Positions 48,266 to 61,698 are shown, counted from the first letter of the stretch. The stretch: DNA of 64,000 bases from Mobula hypostoma (GCF_963921235.1 NC_086109.1:5458001-5522000), one strand, 5' to 3'. The notes: generated by a model not told the origin, from the sequence alone. Program-made: numbers and translations.

Positions 48266-51200
48266 TATTATTATTATTATTCTTTCTTTTTTCAATTTGC
48301 ACAGTTGGTTGCCTTTTGCACAATGGTTGAACATCCAGTCCAGTGTGGTCTTTCATTGATTCTATTGTGTTCTTTATTCTATCATGGATTTATTGTGTAT
48401 GCCCGCAAGATAATGAATCTCAGGGTTGTATATGGTGACAACTATGTACTTTGTTAATAAATTTATTTTGAACTTTTTTTAGTAACCTTATAACAGCGTG
48501 ATAGAGTTTGACCTTGAGCCTGGTGATACGTGTTTTCAGGCTTCGTATCTTCTGCCTGATGAGAGAAGGTTGAAGAGAGAATGTCTGGGTTTGGGGTCTT
48601 TCATCATGTTGGCTGTTTTACCGGGGCAGTGAGAGGTACAGATAGAGTCCATGGAGGTGAGACTTGTTTCTGTGATGTGCTGAGCTGTGTCCACAACTCT
48701 CTGCAGTTTCTTGTGGTCACGTGTAGAACAGTTGACGTACCAAGCTGTGATGCATCCAGATAGGATGTGTTCTATGGTGTATTGACTAAAAACTGGTGCG
48801 TGTGAAAGTGCACATGCCAAATTTCTTTAGCCTCCTGAGGAAGTGGGAGCATTGGTGAGTTTTCCTGACTGTGGTGTCTACGTGGTTGGACCAAGACAGC
48901 CTATTGATGATGTCCACTCCGAGGAACTTGAAGCTCTCTTGACCTCAGCACCATTGGTGTAGGCGGGAGTGTGTGCACCACCCCCACCACGTTCTAGAAG
49001 TCAATGATCAGTTTCTTTGTGTTACTGGCTGGATGGTTTGCTATGCAATGTCCATGATGTTCACTGTCAAAGTGCAAGGTGAATTTATTACCACCTAATA
49101 AATGACGTTAATGTCCCCATATACTACCCTGAGATTCATTTTTGCAGGCATTTATAAATGTAAAGAAATACAATAAAATTTATGAAAAGCTATGTATAAA
49201 GACTGACAAACATTCAATATGCAAAAGAAGACAAACTATGCAAATAAAAATATAAATAATACTTAGAACATGAGTTGTAGAGCCCTTGAAATTGAGTCTG
49301 TAGTTTGTGGAGCAGATTCGGAGTTGAGGTGAGTGAAATTATCCACGTTGGTTCAGGACTCTGATGGTTGAAGGGTAGTAACTGTTCCTGAACCCGGTTG
49401 TGTGGGACCTAAGGCTCCTGTATCTATCTCCTGCCCAATGGTAGTAGCGAGAAGAGATCATAGCCTGGATTGTGTGGGTTTTTGATGAATGTGGTTTTCT
49501 TGTGGCAACGCTCCATTGTAAATGTGCTCAGTGACAGGGAGGGCTTTGCCTGTGATGGACTGGGCTGCGTCCATCACTTTCTGCAGGCTTTTCCATTCTT
49601 GGGCATTGGAGTTTCCATACCTGGTCCTGATGAAACCAGTCAGAGAGTCACGAGCTGAACACGGGCTGGTGAAAATATTTGTTGGGGAGGCTGTGGGAGG
49701 GAGTGTTGGAGCTTGGGGCTATTAATGGTGGAAGCTGAGATGTGGAGGAGGTCCAGACGTTGGGAGGATTTTTATTGGTGTAGTTGGACCAGTGGGTTAA
49801 CAGTGAAATGGCCTTGTATGTTCAGTTGGTCCCCAGCACAGCGCTGTCACTCTGAAGCTGATGAGTAGATCTGCTCCCTCTCTCAACCTCTGAACATCCT
49901 GGCTCCCCTAACACATACCACTGGGCATTGTCCGGGCCACTCCTGGACTTTCACCCGGAAGCATCAGACACTCGTTGATTTAGGGACCATTTCTTCCCCT
50001 CTGCCATCAGCTTTCTGAACACCACCTCGCTGTTTTGCTCTTCTTTCACTACTTATGAAGTTTAATATATTTTCCTAGTGTAACTTTCAGTAATTTAAAA
50101 AAGAAATATATTGCCGTGTACTGCTGCCACAGTACAACGAATTTCATGACATATGTCAGCGATAATAATCTGATTATGATTCATTGTGTAGGCAGAGGGG
50201 ATTAGTTTAGTTAGACACTTGCTTACTAATTTAATTACTTTCTCAAAGACATTGTAGGCTGAAGGGATTTCTGTATTCTAAATGCCCTACTTCTTGTGGG
50301 TCAGATTTAGATTCATTTATTTATCACATGTACATCAAAACATACAGTGAAGCACGTTAACCACCAGTGCACCTCGGGATGTGCTGGGAGCGGCCTCGCA
50401 AGTGTCGCCACATATTCTGGTGCCAATGTAGCATACCCACAACGTTCAGCAGAACAACACAAACAACAACAGGATCAGAATCAGGTCTAATATCACCAGA
50501 ATATGCTGTGAAATTTGAAATTTGTTAACTTTGTGGCAGCAGTACATTGCAATATATAATAATAGCAAAAAACTGAATTGCAGTGCGTGTGTGTATATAT
50601 ATAAAATCATTAAATAAGTCGTGCGGAAAGAGAAATTAAAAAAATGGTGAGGTAGTGTTTATGGGTTCAGTGTCCATTCAGAAATCGGATGGCAGAGGGG
50701 AAGAAGCTCTTCCTGAAGGGTTGAGCGTGTGCCTTTGAGCTCCTGGACCTCCTTCCTGATGGTAGTAAAGAGAACAAGGCATGACCTGGGTGATGGGGCT
50801 CTTTAATGATGGACGCTGCCTTTCTGAGGCATCGCTCCTTGAAGATGTCCTAGATACTACGGAGACTAATGCCCATGATGGAGCTGACTAATTTTACAAC
50901 TCTGTAGCTTATTTTGATCGTGTGCAGTGGCACCCCCATACCAGACGGTGATGCAGCCAGTTGGAACGCTCTCCACGGTACATCTGTGGAAATCTGAGTG
51001 ACTTTGGCGACGTACCAAATCTCCTCAAACTCCTAAGGAGATATAGCTGCTGTCGTGCCTTCTTTGTAGCTGCATCGATATCTTGGATCCAGGATCGATC
51101 CTCAGAGATATTGATACCCAGCAACTTGAAATTCAACAAAACAACAGCAAACAAGCAAGAGCAAAAATAGGGAAACAAGCCTCTCTCCCATCCTCCCACC

Positions 51201-51354
51201 CACTCGCACATGAAGAGCAGTTCAGGCAGACAATATGGTGTAAGGTCATAATCAGATAGATTCTGGAGTCAAGTGGAGGGGAGAGTAGGACAGAAGAGAG
51301 GCACCACGATTGGTTGGACAAACCATGATTTATTCAAAGATGAAATGAGCTCAT

Positions 51355-51703
51355 TTGTTCATTATGTGCCATGTCATATAACGTGGGCAATCATGGTCTT
51401 TTCATGACAGTGATTGTTCTTGGCAAATCTTTCGACAGAAGTGGTTTGCCATTACCTTCTTCTGGGCAGTGTCTTTGCAAGACAAGTGACCCCAGCTATT
51501 ATCAATACTCTTCAGAAATTGTCTCCCTAATGTTAGTGGTCGCATAAGCAGGACTTGTGATGTGCACCAGCTGCTCATACGACCATCCACCACCTGTTCC
51601 CATGGCTTCACATGACCCTGACTGGGGGGACTAATCAGTACCTAACCATGACCTGCAGGCTAGCGGAGGGAAGGAGCATCTCACACCTCCTTTGGTAGAG
51701 ACT
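51355..51703 (-). mobile_element. SINE-like element with RTE-like tail
   Basis: Reverse-complement match to 34615-34980. Confidence 0.75.
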
Positions 51704-51709
51704 TACAAC

Positions 51710-53713
51710 ACCATAAGACATAGGAGCAGAAGTAGGCCATTCGGCCCATTGAGTCTGCTCCACCATTCAATCCATGGGCTGATCCAATTCTTCTAGTCAT
51801 CCCCACTCCCCTGCCTTCTCCCCATACCCTTTGGTGCCCTGGCTAATCAAGAACCTATCTGTCTCTGCCTTAAATGCACCCATTGACTCGATCTTACAAA
51901 CTGCTCGTGGCAACAAATTCCACAGATTTACCACCCTCTGACTAAAGTAATTTCTCCGTATCTCTGTTCTAAATGGACGTCCTTCAATCCTGAAGTCATG
52001 CCCTCTTGTCCTAGACTCCCCTACCATGGGAAATAACTTTGCCATATCTAATCTGTTCAGGCCTTTTAACATTCAGAATGTTTCTATGAGATTCCCCCCT
52101 CATTCTCCTGAACTCCAGGGGAATAAAGCCCAAGAGTTGCCAGACGTTCCTTGTATGGTAACCCTTTCATTCCTGGAATCATTCTCGTGAATCTTCTCTG
52201 AACCCTCTCCAATGCCAGTATATCCTTTCTAAAATAAGGAGCTCAAAACTGCACACAATACTCCAAGAGTGGTCTCACGAGTGCCTCATAGAGTCTCAAC
52301 ATCACATCCCTGCTCTTATATTCTATACCTCAGGAAATAAATGCCAACATTACATTCACTTTCTTCACCACCGACTCAACCTGGAGGTTAACCTTTAGGG
52401 TATCTTGCACAAGGACTCCCAAGTCCCTTTGAATCTCTGCATTTTGAATTCTCTCCCCATCTAAATAATAATCTGCCTGTTTATTTCTTCCACCAAAGTG
52501 CATGAACATACACTTTCCAACATTGCATTTCATTTGCTACTTCTTTGCCCATTGCCCTAAACTATCTAAGTCTCTCTGCAGGCTCTTTGTTTCCTCAACA
52601 CTACCCACTCCTCCACTTTGTACCATCTGCAAATTTATCCCCAAATCTATTAATCCTATAATCCAAATCATTGACATACATCGTAAAAAACAGCAGTCCC
52701 AGCACTGACCCCTGTGGAACTCCACTGGTAACCAGCAACCAGCCAGAATAGGATCCCTTTATTCCCACTCTCTGTTTTCTGCCGATCAGCCACTGCTCCA
52801 TCCATGCTAGTAACTCCCCTGTGATTCCATGGGCTGTTATCTCACTAGCAACCTCATGTGCGGCACCTTGTCAAAGGCCTTCTGAAAGTCCAAGTACAGT
52901 ATGTCTACTGCATCTCCTTTGTCTACCCTGCTTGTAGTTTCCTCAAAAATTGCATTAGGTTAGTCAGGCATGATTTTCCTTTCAGGAAACCGTGCTCACT
53001 TTGGCCTATCTTGTCATGTGCCACCAGGTACTCCATAATCTCATCCCCAACAATTGATTCCAACAACTTCCCAACCACTGATGTCAGGCTAACAGGTCTA
53101 TAGTTTCCTTTCTGCTGCCTCCCACTCTTCTTAAATAGCGGAGTAACATTTCCAGTCATCCAGTACAATGCCAGAATCTATCAGTTCTTGAAAGATCATT
53201 GTTAATGCCTCCACAATCTCTCCAACTACTTCCTTCAGAACCCAAGGGTGCATTCCATCAGGTCCAGGAGATTTATCCACCTTCAGACCACTAAGCTTCC
53301 TGAGTACCTTCTCAGTCGTAATTTCCACTGCACAAACATCACTTCCCTGACACTCTTGAATGTCTGGTATACTGCAGGCGTCTTCCACTGTGAAGACTGA
53401 TGCAAGATATGCATTCAGTTCCCCTGCCATCTCTGCATCTCTCATTACAATATCTCCAGCGTCATTGTCTATTGGTCCTATATCTACCCTCGATTCTCTT
53501 TTACCCTTTATATACTTTAAAAAGCTTTTAGTGTATTCTATGATATTAGTCACCAGCTTCCTTTCATTATTCATCTTTTCCTTCCTAATGACCTTCTTAG
53601 TTTCCTTCTGCAAGTTTTTAAAAGCATCCTAATCCTCTATCTTCCCACTAGCTTTGGCATCCTTGTATGCCCTCTCTTTTGCTTTTACATTGGCTCTGAC
53701 TTCTCTTGTCAGC
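51710..53713 (-). mobile_element. CR1 LINE, second family, frameshifted, antisense in intron 1
   Basis: ORF pieces 53131-53613, 52923-53168, 52601-52801, 52330-52533 and 51797-52072 are homologous to 15093-17592. Confidence 0.95.
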
Positions 53714-53847
53714 CCCACCCCGACATCCTGGATGGGCTGATTAGACACCTTCTCCTGATCCTTGCGTGGGAATGGGTTTGGGAACAGTTGTGAACTTAAG
53801 AATTTGAGTGTCTGTGATTGATGTTTGTGGTCTGTTCTTGTTTTCAG

Positions 53848-53957
53848 ATAAACTGAATGAGATCTCAGTGCTGACGTCTGGGGAAGGGGCACCAAATGCG
53901 ATCGTGGACTCCGGAACTGCGAAAGTGAAGCAGAGACCAACTGTCAAGCTTGGCATT
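53848..53957 (+). CDS. Coding exon 2 of host gene (D-KLNEISVLTSGEGAPNAIVDSGTAKVKQRPTVKLGI, phase 1 to 0)
   Basis: Acceptor TCTGTTCTTGTTTTCAG|, donor ATT|GTAATG, unique sequence, 110 nt open in the frame set by exon 1. Confidence 0.7.
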
Positions 53958-54039
53958 GTAATGTTTCATCTCAGTTCCTATTTCCAACTTTCACTGTACA
54001 GCAAAATACAGATCATTTTACCTTCCTATCATTCACTGA

Positions 54040-54560
54040 AACCCTGATTCTGATCTGGGTCTCTATTGTGGACTGAGAGTGGGAAGGCAGCAGGGAGAGG
54101 GGAATCATGGTTGGGAAAAGGGGAAGGGAGAGGGGAGCACCAGAGAGACATGCAGTAATGTTCAATAAATCAATTGTTTGGAATCAAATGACCTTGGCTG
54201 GCATCTTATTAGGGTGCAGAACCGTCCCCCCCAATTCCTGCCACTCCTTCTCTGCCACCTGTCCCCCACCCTTTGTCATTCCCAATACCCTCTGCTGCAA
54301 CCAGATTTACAAACTCGCTCTCCACTCCACGCTGACAATTACAGTTCTGTTCAAAAGTCTTAGGCACGTGCACGTAGCTAGGTTGCCTAGGACCTTTGCA
54401 CAGCACTGTATTTATCAACGTGGGGCTGAGATTGAGTTTGTAAATGGTGAGGATGGGGCGCCATGGGAGGGGTGGCAGAGGAGGATTGATGGGGCGTGGG
54501 GGTTGGGGCTGCACAGGTGCAAGACACACCCAGCCCTGAGACACCAGGCAAGGCCATTTG
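54040..54560. mobile_element. Composite Tc1-mini-MITE element (copy 4) in fold-back configuration
   Basis: Forward body to 54340, 67-bp TA-flanked mini-MITE at 54342-54408, inverted partial body at 54411-54558. Confidence 0.75.
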
Positions 54561-54799
54561 TGTGTGTTGTATGTATGTGTGTATATATAGAGATAGATAT
54601 GTAGATAATATGTGTGTGTGTGTGTATATATACACACACACTGCTATGCTATCATGCCGTTCTGTTTCTGTAAGACTCGGATTCGTTTTCCTTATGACAT
54701 AGCAGTCCACTCAGCCCATCAACTCTCTACTGGCTTTTGGTCCCATGCACCTCCCCACTTATTCCCCTGTAAAGTATTCTGTCCCACGTTCTCATAAAC

Positions 54800-55022
54800 T
54801 CCCACCCCAATTCTATCACCCACCCACACGGAGCTATTCACACTGGCAATTAACATCCCCCCCCACTCCCTCCGCAACCCCCCACCCCACCCCATTCTAT
54901 CACCCACCCACATGGAGCTATTTACACTAACCAATTAACATCTCCCATCCCTCCCCACCACCCCCACCCAGATTCTCTCACCCACCCACACGGAGCTGTG
55001 TATTTACACCAGCCAACGAACA
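54800..55022. repeat. Three-copy ~80-bp degenerate tandem repeat
   Basis: ATTCT(A/C)TCACCCACCCACAYGGAGCT...ACAC...AACATC at ~54810, 54894 and 54972. Confidence 0.75.
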
Positions 55023-55128
55023 TCTGATAATCCAGACAATTATATCCTGCATGTCTCTGGGATGAGGAGCAACCCGAGAGAGCTTGCAAACTCCACACAG
55101 GCAGTTCTGTCCTGCTGACTTTTGTTAC

Positions 55129-55805
55129 TGTAGCCCCCCTGGCCACCCTCAGGGTCACTCGGCTCGCTGTCGTCTAGGGAAACAGCCTCGGCCCTGCCAA
55201 ACTGGGTAATTAGTTTGTGTGGATGCTGTGTGATGTACCCCACCCCGCCCAAATAACAGACAATACCCCAGATACGATTAAATGATTTACTGTTTATAGA
55301 TATTGCTGGAACTATATAATTAATAGAGAATAAAATATAAAAGGAAAATAAAAGGCACCACACTTATAAAAATTCAATCTCTTCGTGCACAAACAGTTGG
55401 AGCTCGGGACCCTTCTTCTTCACCCTGCGACCCCTCGGACCACCTCGACCGGCCGCCTGGGACCAATAACGGTGGTCGACCAGACGCTCCACACGAGTCC
55501 GTCTCCGTCTCCCCTCCTCGCCGAACCCGTTAGCGAACTCACAGCACCTGGTCCATTCTCTGTCTCTCTCTCCCGCCTTCTGTCCAAAACCCCGCGCATA
55601 CAATATCTTCAAATACACCAAAAACATAACAACTATCCCAATTGGTTCATAACATCTTCTTATCAGTAACGTGATTCAACAAACTGCTGGCGGGAAGGAT
55701 TTTCTTAGCGTTTAACATAACAAAGAAGCATTCCCAAGTATAACATAACAAAGAAGCCATTTTAATTAGCCTACACAGTAACATAAGAGATGAAACCCCC
55801 TTACA
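55129..55805. mobile_element. Solo LTR (677 bp) with 4-bp TSD, Gypsy- or ERV-type
   Basis: TGTA...TACA termini flanked by TTAC (55125-55128 and 55806-55809), CpG-rich interior suggests it is young. Confidence 0.75.
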
Positions 55806-57944
55806 TTACATTGGGTTGTGGCTTATAAGTGGAAAGAGAGGGAGAGAGAAAGATGGATGGATTTATGTCTGTGTTTGTGGGCTATTTGGAACTCTGATGG
55901 AAGAATGAAAGAAGCTGGTCCTGAATTGTTGAGTGCAGGTCTTTGGGCTCCTGCACCTCCTCCCCAGTGCTCGTAACAAGAAGGAGGCAAGTCCCAAATA
56001 GTGAGGACCTTTAGTGAAAGGTGCCACTTTCTTCAAACACTGCCTCTTGAAGATATCCTCGATGGTGGAGAGGGCTTTGTGACTGGGTGAACTAGGCTCA
56101 CACAACACGGACCCAGAAAGGCACACTGCGTAAATACCTCACACTGACTGACCTTGCTGTGCCAATGGCCTCACAATCTACCTCGTTATGACCTTGCACC
56201 TTATTGTCTAGCTACGCTGCACTTTCTCTGTAACTGTAACACTTTATTCTGCTCTCTGTTCCTGTTTTCTTACCCCGTGCTATCTCAATATGCTGTTGTA
56301 ATGAAATTATCTGTAACGATGTCCTGAGAGTGGGGAACGACCTACCGGCACGAGTGGTGCGTGCAAGCTCGATTTCAACGTTTAAGCAAAGTTTGGATAG
56401 GTACTAGGTGGCAGGGGTATGGATGGCCACGGTCCCGGTGCAGGTCGATGGGAGTGGGCAGTTTAAATGGTTCAGCACGGATTAGATGGGCCGATGGGTC
56501 TGATTCTGTGTTGTACCTTTCTATGACCCTGCAATGCAAAACAAAGCTTTTCACTGTGCTCAGTGTATTGAGTAAACCAACTCCAGTACCAAATCCATGT
56601 GAAGGACCAGAAATTCATCTTAATCACTCACAGTGAAACATGTGTAGGCTTTCAATGTGTGCACTTCCATTCACTGGCTGAAAACGGGGAAGTTTTTATA
56701 AGCAGTGGCAGCTACTGCCAGACCCCTTTACAACCAACCCACCCGCCCGGCTCCTCTCCTCTCCTCTCGCTAGCCTAGCGGCTTGCATAACAGTGCCCGC
56801 CATCATGATTCAAGCCTGCTGTTCTCTGTAAGGAGTTTGTACGTTCTGCCCATGACCTTGTGGGATTCCTCTGCCTGCTCTGATTTCCTCCCACATTCCA
56901 GGTTGTACGTTCTGCAGTGTTCTAAATGTTCACAAGGGTTCTAGTGAAAGGCCGGTGATTGATTGATTATTTATTTATTTATTACGGGACAATTCACGAT
57001 GACTAATTAACCCACCAACTGGTACTTCTTTAGAGGAAACCCACATGGTCATGGGGTGAACGTATAGACAGCAGTGGGAATTGAACCTGGGTCGCCCGTA
57101 CGGCAAAGTCTTGTGCTACCATGCCACCCTAAAGCATTCAAAACTTTCTCTCTCCACGGATGCTGTCTGACCTGCTGGGGATGTTCCACACCCTTATTTG
57201 ACTGTAGACTTCGGCTGTTGAATTTATTGGGAGTTGAAATTGGACAAAGCCCTCCGGGAGTCTGTAGGCTGTGTAAGAATTTGCCTGTGAGTTATGGTGG
57301 TAAATGAGGTTACACCAATCATCAGTAAGTAATTAGTTACGGAAACACAGTTTATTTTGCAATGTGGCTGTTAGGGAAGTCACCGGTGAAAGCTACTGAA
57401 TAAACTGATCAAAGGTTACAGAGAGTTAAAAGTGAACGCGTAAAATCGCGTGAAAGGTGATCTAATGCGACCAATATAACGTCATCTGACTCCAGCCTGT
57501 CTGAGCTCATCTCCATTTGAAAGCCTGATTTTGCAATGCCCAGACTGGATTACTGTAATAACCACCCTATACCACACTCCCACGTCCACCCTCCAGAGGC
57601 TCGAGTTCTTCAAAGTCTGCCAGCAAGGCCCATCCCTGCTACCCCATGTGATTCCACTAAATAACAATGTATTTTAACGTTTATCTATATCTTCAGTTCA
57701 TGATTTCACTCAGCTCCATCTCTGTAATCGACTCCAAGACTGGAAGCTCCTCAAGTATCTTTCCACTGCTTTCTGATGATCTCAGACCATCAGTTTCCTG
57801 TTGCTGAGATCGGTCATGTCAGGGTCCTCAGCCCCCAGTCCTGGCATTTCTTTCCCTCAGTCTCCACACCACTTCTTTTTCTTTCTTTTCTCCCCCTCCC
57901 CCTTCCCCTATTTTTCTTTCCCATCAATTTCCCCAGTCTCTTTC

Positions 57945-59510
57945 TCCCCTCTGTCTTCACCCCCTCCCCTATTGACTACACCCCTCCCATCATCACCCTT
58001 CTCCCTACCGTCTACACCCCTTCCCCCTACCGTCTACACCCCTCTCCTCTTCACCCACTCTTCACCTCTTCCCCTACTGTCTACACCCCTCCCCTTCACC
58101 CCTTCCACCTACTGTCTACACCCCTTCCCCCTACCATCTACACCCCTCCCCTCTTCACCCCCCTCGTTACCCCTTCCCCTATTGACTACACCCCTCCCCT
58201 CTTCACCCCTTCCCCTACTGTCTACACCCCTCTCCTCTTCACCCCCTCTTTACCTCTTCCCCTATTGTCTACACCCCTCCCCTCTTCACCCCCTCTTTAC
58301 CCCTTCCGCTATTGTCTACACCCCTCCCCTCCTCACCCCTTCCCCTACTGTCAACACCCCTCTCCTCTTCACCCCTTCACCCCTTTCCCCATTGTCTACA
58401 CCCCTCCCCTAGTCACCCCTTCCCCTATTGTCTTCACCCCTCCCCTCTTCACTCCTTCCCCCTACCGTCTACACCCCTCTCCTCTTCACCCCTTCACCCC
58501 TTCCCCATTGTCTACACCCCTCCCCTCTTCACCCCTTCACCCCTTCCCCTACTGTCAACACCCCTCTCCTCCACCCCTTCACCCCTTCCCCCATTGTCTA
58601 CACCCTTCCCCTCTTCACCCCTTCCCCTATTGTCTACACCCCTCCCCTCTTCACCCCTTCCCCTACTGTCTACACCCCTTTCCTCTTCACCCACCTCTTC
58701 ACCCCTTCCCCCATTGTCTACACCCCTCCCCTCATCACCCCTTCCCCCTATTGTCTGCACCCCTCCCCCTTCACCCCCCTCGTCACCCCTTCCCCCTACT
58801 GTCTACACCCCTCCCCTCGTCACCCCTTCCCCTACTGTCTACACCCCTCTCCTCTTCACCCACCTCTTCACCCCTTCCCCCTATTATCTACACCCCTCCC
58901 CTTGTCACCCCTTCCCCATTGTCTGCACCCCTCCCCCTTCACCCCCCTCTTCACCCCTTCCCCTACTATCTACAACCCTCTCCTCTTCACCCCCTCGTCA
59001 CCCCTTCCCCCTACTGTCTACACCCCTCCCCTTGTCACCCCTTCCCCTATTGTCTGCACCCTCCCCTTCACCCCCCTCTTCACCCCTTCCCCTACTGTCT
59101 ACACCCCTCCCCTCGTCACCCCTTCCCCCTATTGTCTGCACCCCTCCCCTTCCCCCCCTCTTCACCCCTTCCCCTACTGTCTACACCCCTCTCCTCTTCA
59201 CCCACCTCTTCACCCCTTCCCCTATTGTCTACACCCCTCCCCTCGTCACCCTTTCCCCCTATTGTCTGCACCCCTCCCCCTTCACCCCCCTCTTCACCCC
59301 TTCCCCTCTGTCTACACCCCTCCCCTCGTCACTCTTTCCCCCTATTGTCTGCACCCCTCCCCCTTCACCCCCCTCTTCACCCCCTTCCCCTCTGTCTACA
59401 CCCCTCCCCTCGTCACCCCTTCCCCCTACCATCTACACCCCTCTCCTCTTCACCCCCTCTTCACTCCTTCCCCCTACCGTCTACACCCTTCTCCTCTTCC
59501 CCCCTCTCAC
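57945..59510. repeat. ~1.5-kb C-rich minisatellite, basic unit ~37 bp with length variants
   Basis: Unit CCCCTTCCCCTAYTGTCTACACCCCTCCCCTCTTCA, which explains the spurious Pro-rich ORFs in all three + frames. Confidence 0.95.
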
Positions 59511-59977
59511 CGTACCCCCCAGCTACAGTTTTTCTCACCTGACTTGGTATCAGCTCACGACCTGTCATCCGTTGTTTGGTAACCTTCCTGTGAAAAGCTG
59601 TGGGAAGTTTTGATATGGGCAAGGTCGGAAGTAACTCCACATCACTGCACTGTGAGATTATGATCAGTAGTTTACAGAACAGAGTAAGGTCATCGCCGAA
59701 AGAATGAACTAGTTCAAAAACTTTTAAGGCTGTCCTGAAGCAAAACCCAAATTAACTTTTTAAAAATACTTCTGAAGCAAATCATGAGAGAGGTGAAGGC
59801 AAAGGGCCTAGTTAAAGGCATCCAGAGGTTGGTGACGATGGAGCTGATGTACCGGATGCCGTCATTGGGTTGGGGCAGGATAAACTACCCCTCTTGTTGC
59901 TGTGGGAGTTCAGTGTGTTGTTTGTCGCTGGCTGTTGTCAGCTCACGGACAGTCAGGAACACACGTTTTTTGATGGT

Positions 59978-60640
59978 CACAGAAAACTGCAGCACAGAAA
60001 CAGGCCCTTTGGCCCATCTAGACCATGCTGAGCTGTCATTCTGCCTAGTCGACTGGACCATAGCCCTCCATCCCCCTCCCATCCAAGTACTTATCCAAAC
60101 TTCTCTTAACTGTTGCAAACCCACTTCTGCTGACAACTCGTTCCACACTCTCACCACCCACTGAGTGAAGAAGTTTACCGCTCAAGTTCTTCTTAAATAT
60201 TTCACCTTTTGCCCTTAACCCATGACCTCTAGTACTAGTCTCAGCCAACCTCAGTGGAAACAGCCTTGTTCTATTTACCCTATCTATAACCCTCATAATA
60301 GTCAAATCTCCCCTCATTCTCCTCTGTTCCTCCTAAGGGAAAATAAAGTCCTAACCTATTCAACATTTCCCTATAACTCAGGTCCTTAAGTCTGGCAGCA
60401 TCCTTGTAAACTTCCTCTGTATTCTTTCAGTCTTGTATCTCTTCTGTAGGCAGGTGACCAGAACTACATTCCCTAAATTTGGTCTCACCAGCGTTTTATA
60501 GAACTTCAACAAAATATCTCATGTCCTGTACTCAGTATTCTGATTCATGAAGGCCAATCTGCCTACCTGTGATGCCACTTTCAATGAATTATGCATCTGT
60601 GTTCCTAGGTCCTTTTGTTCTACTGCAGTCCTCAATGTCC
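59978..60640 (-). mobile_element. Older CR1 LINE 3' fragment
   Basis: MRGDL...RLFPL...TRGHGL and RVWNEL motifs in minus-strand ORFs. Confidence 0.8.
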
Positions 60641-60715
60641 ACCTTTCTGTAGCCCTCCGAGTTTGGTATATCTCTATCAACTACCCCCTCGTTCTCCCTC
60701 GCACCAGAAAATAAG

Positions 60716-61110
60716 TTAGTGACTTCCTGTTATGCTGTTGGCGTTTAGGGCAGCAATGAAGCTCCTCCATCTCGGTCTGACCTTGCCCATCGTCTCTGTT
60801 GTACCCCAAGAATGGTTCAGGGTCCTCAATTCTGCCTCTACGGTACGGCACCAATTTGTCTTTGTCTCCCGCATTTCCGCTGCCTTTCAGGTGTCCAATG
60901 AAGTGTTGTCTTGATGATGGAGAGGGCCTCTATTCTCATCATGTGCCCAGTCCATCTCCAACGCTACCTCACGATGATTTGTGGCCATGTCCTCGTGTTG
61001 ACAGTGAAGGGGTAGGGCGAGGCTGGAGATTTTTCTTGGCCAGAAATTACAGAGGCTCATGGTGTGGAATGACGACAGCTTGGCAAAGTTGTTCTTTGTC
61101 ATGCACCAGC
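60716..61110 (-). mobile_element. RTE-clade LINE 3' fragment
   Basis: The minus strand reads ...WRWTGHMMRIE...IKTTLHWTP.RQRK.GR..., typical of the RTE ORF C-terminus. Tail matches 9486-9556. Confidence 0.75.
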
Positions 61111-61555
61111 GAATAAAATGCCAACCTATTCAATCTTTCCCTATTACTCAGGCCCTCAAGGTGGGATCAGGAGATGTGGAATTGCTCAGCAGGTCAGGTA
61201 GAGTCTGCAAAGAGAGAAACAGATAATATTTTAGGCTGAAGACCTATCATCGGAATGGGAGGGGGCTGAGAAGAACTGAAGGGACGTGTTGATCCACAGA
61301 ATGTCTGTCTGAAGTGGATCAGGAAGTGTCTCCACTACAAACAGAATCCGTTTTAAAATGACATTGAAGAAGTTGGGCAAAGTTTGTTTTTGTTCCTGGT
61401 TGAGTGGGAACCACCCTCCCCACCCTCCAGTTCTGTCAAAGCCAACGGAAGGGAGGGGGGCCCATACCACTGGGCTGTTCCTGTCTCCAGCACTTGCGAT
61501 AAAGCGCTAAGAGCCAACGGGTGCAAACGAAGTTAATGCTAACTTTCTGTTACAG

Positions 61556-61649
61556 CCTTTCCTTGATCGGCCAAAACCTGCAGTGCCAACTCCAAACCTG
61601 CAAGATCAGATGTTGCTTTCGAAGATCCCAAGAACAATGATTATCACAG
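61556..61649 (+). CDS. Coding exon 3 of host gene (PFLDRPKPAVPTPNLQDQMLLSKIPRTMIIT, phase 0 to 1)
   Basis: Branch point GCTAAC, acceptor TTTCTGTTACAG|, donor CAG|GTACGG. Only the phase-0 frame is open, matching exon 2. Confidence 0.75.
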
Positions 61650-61698
61650 GTACGGTATATATTGGTGGAAAGGTTCTAACTGCAACTCAGTTAATGAT

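Noticed and set aside
57776..59613. Long Pro-rich ORFs (588, 433 and 384 aa), and 32270-33526 (418 aa)
   Set aside because: Open only because C-rich tandem repeats lack stop codons, with multiple frames open and no supporting splice signals.
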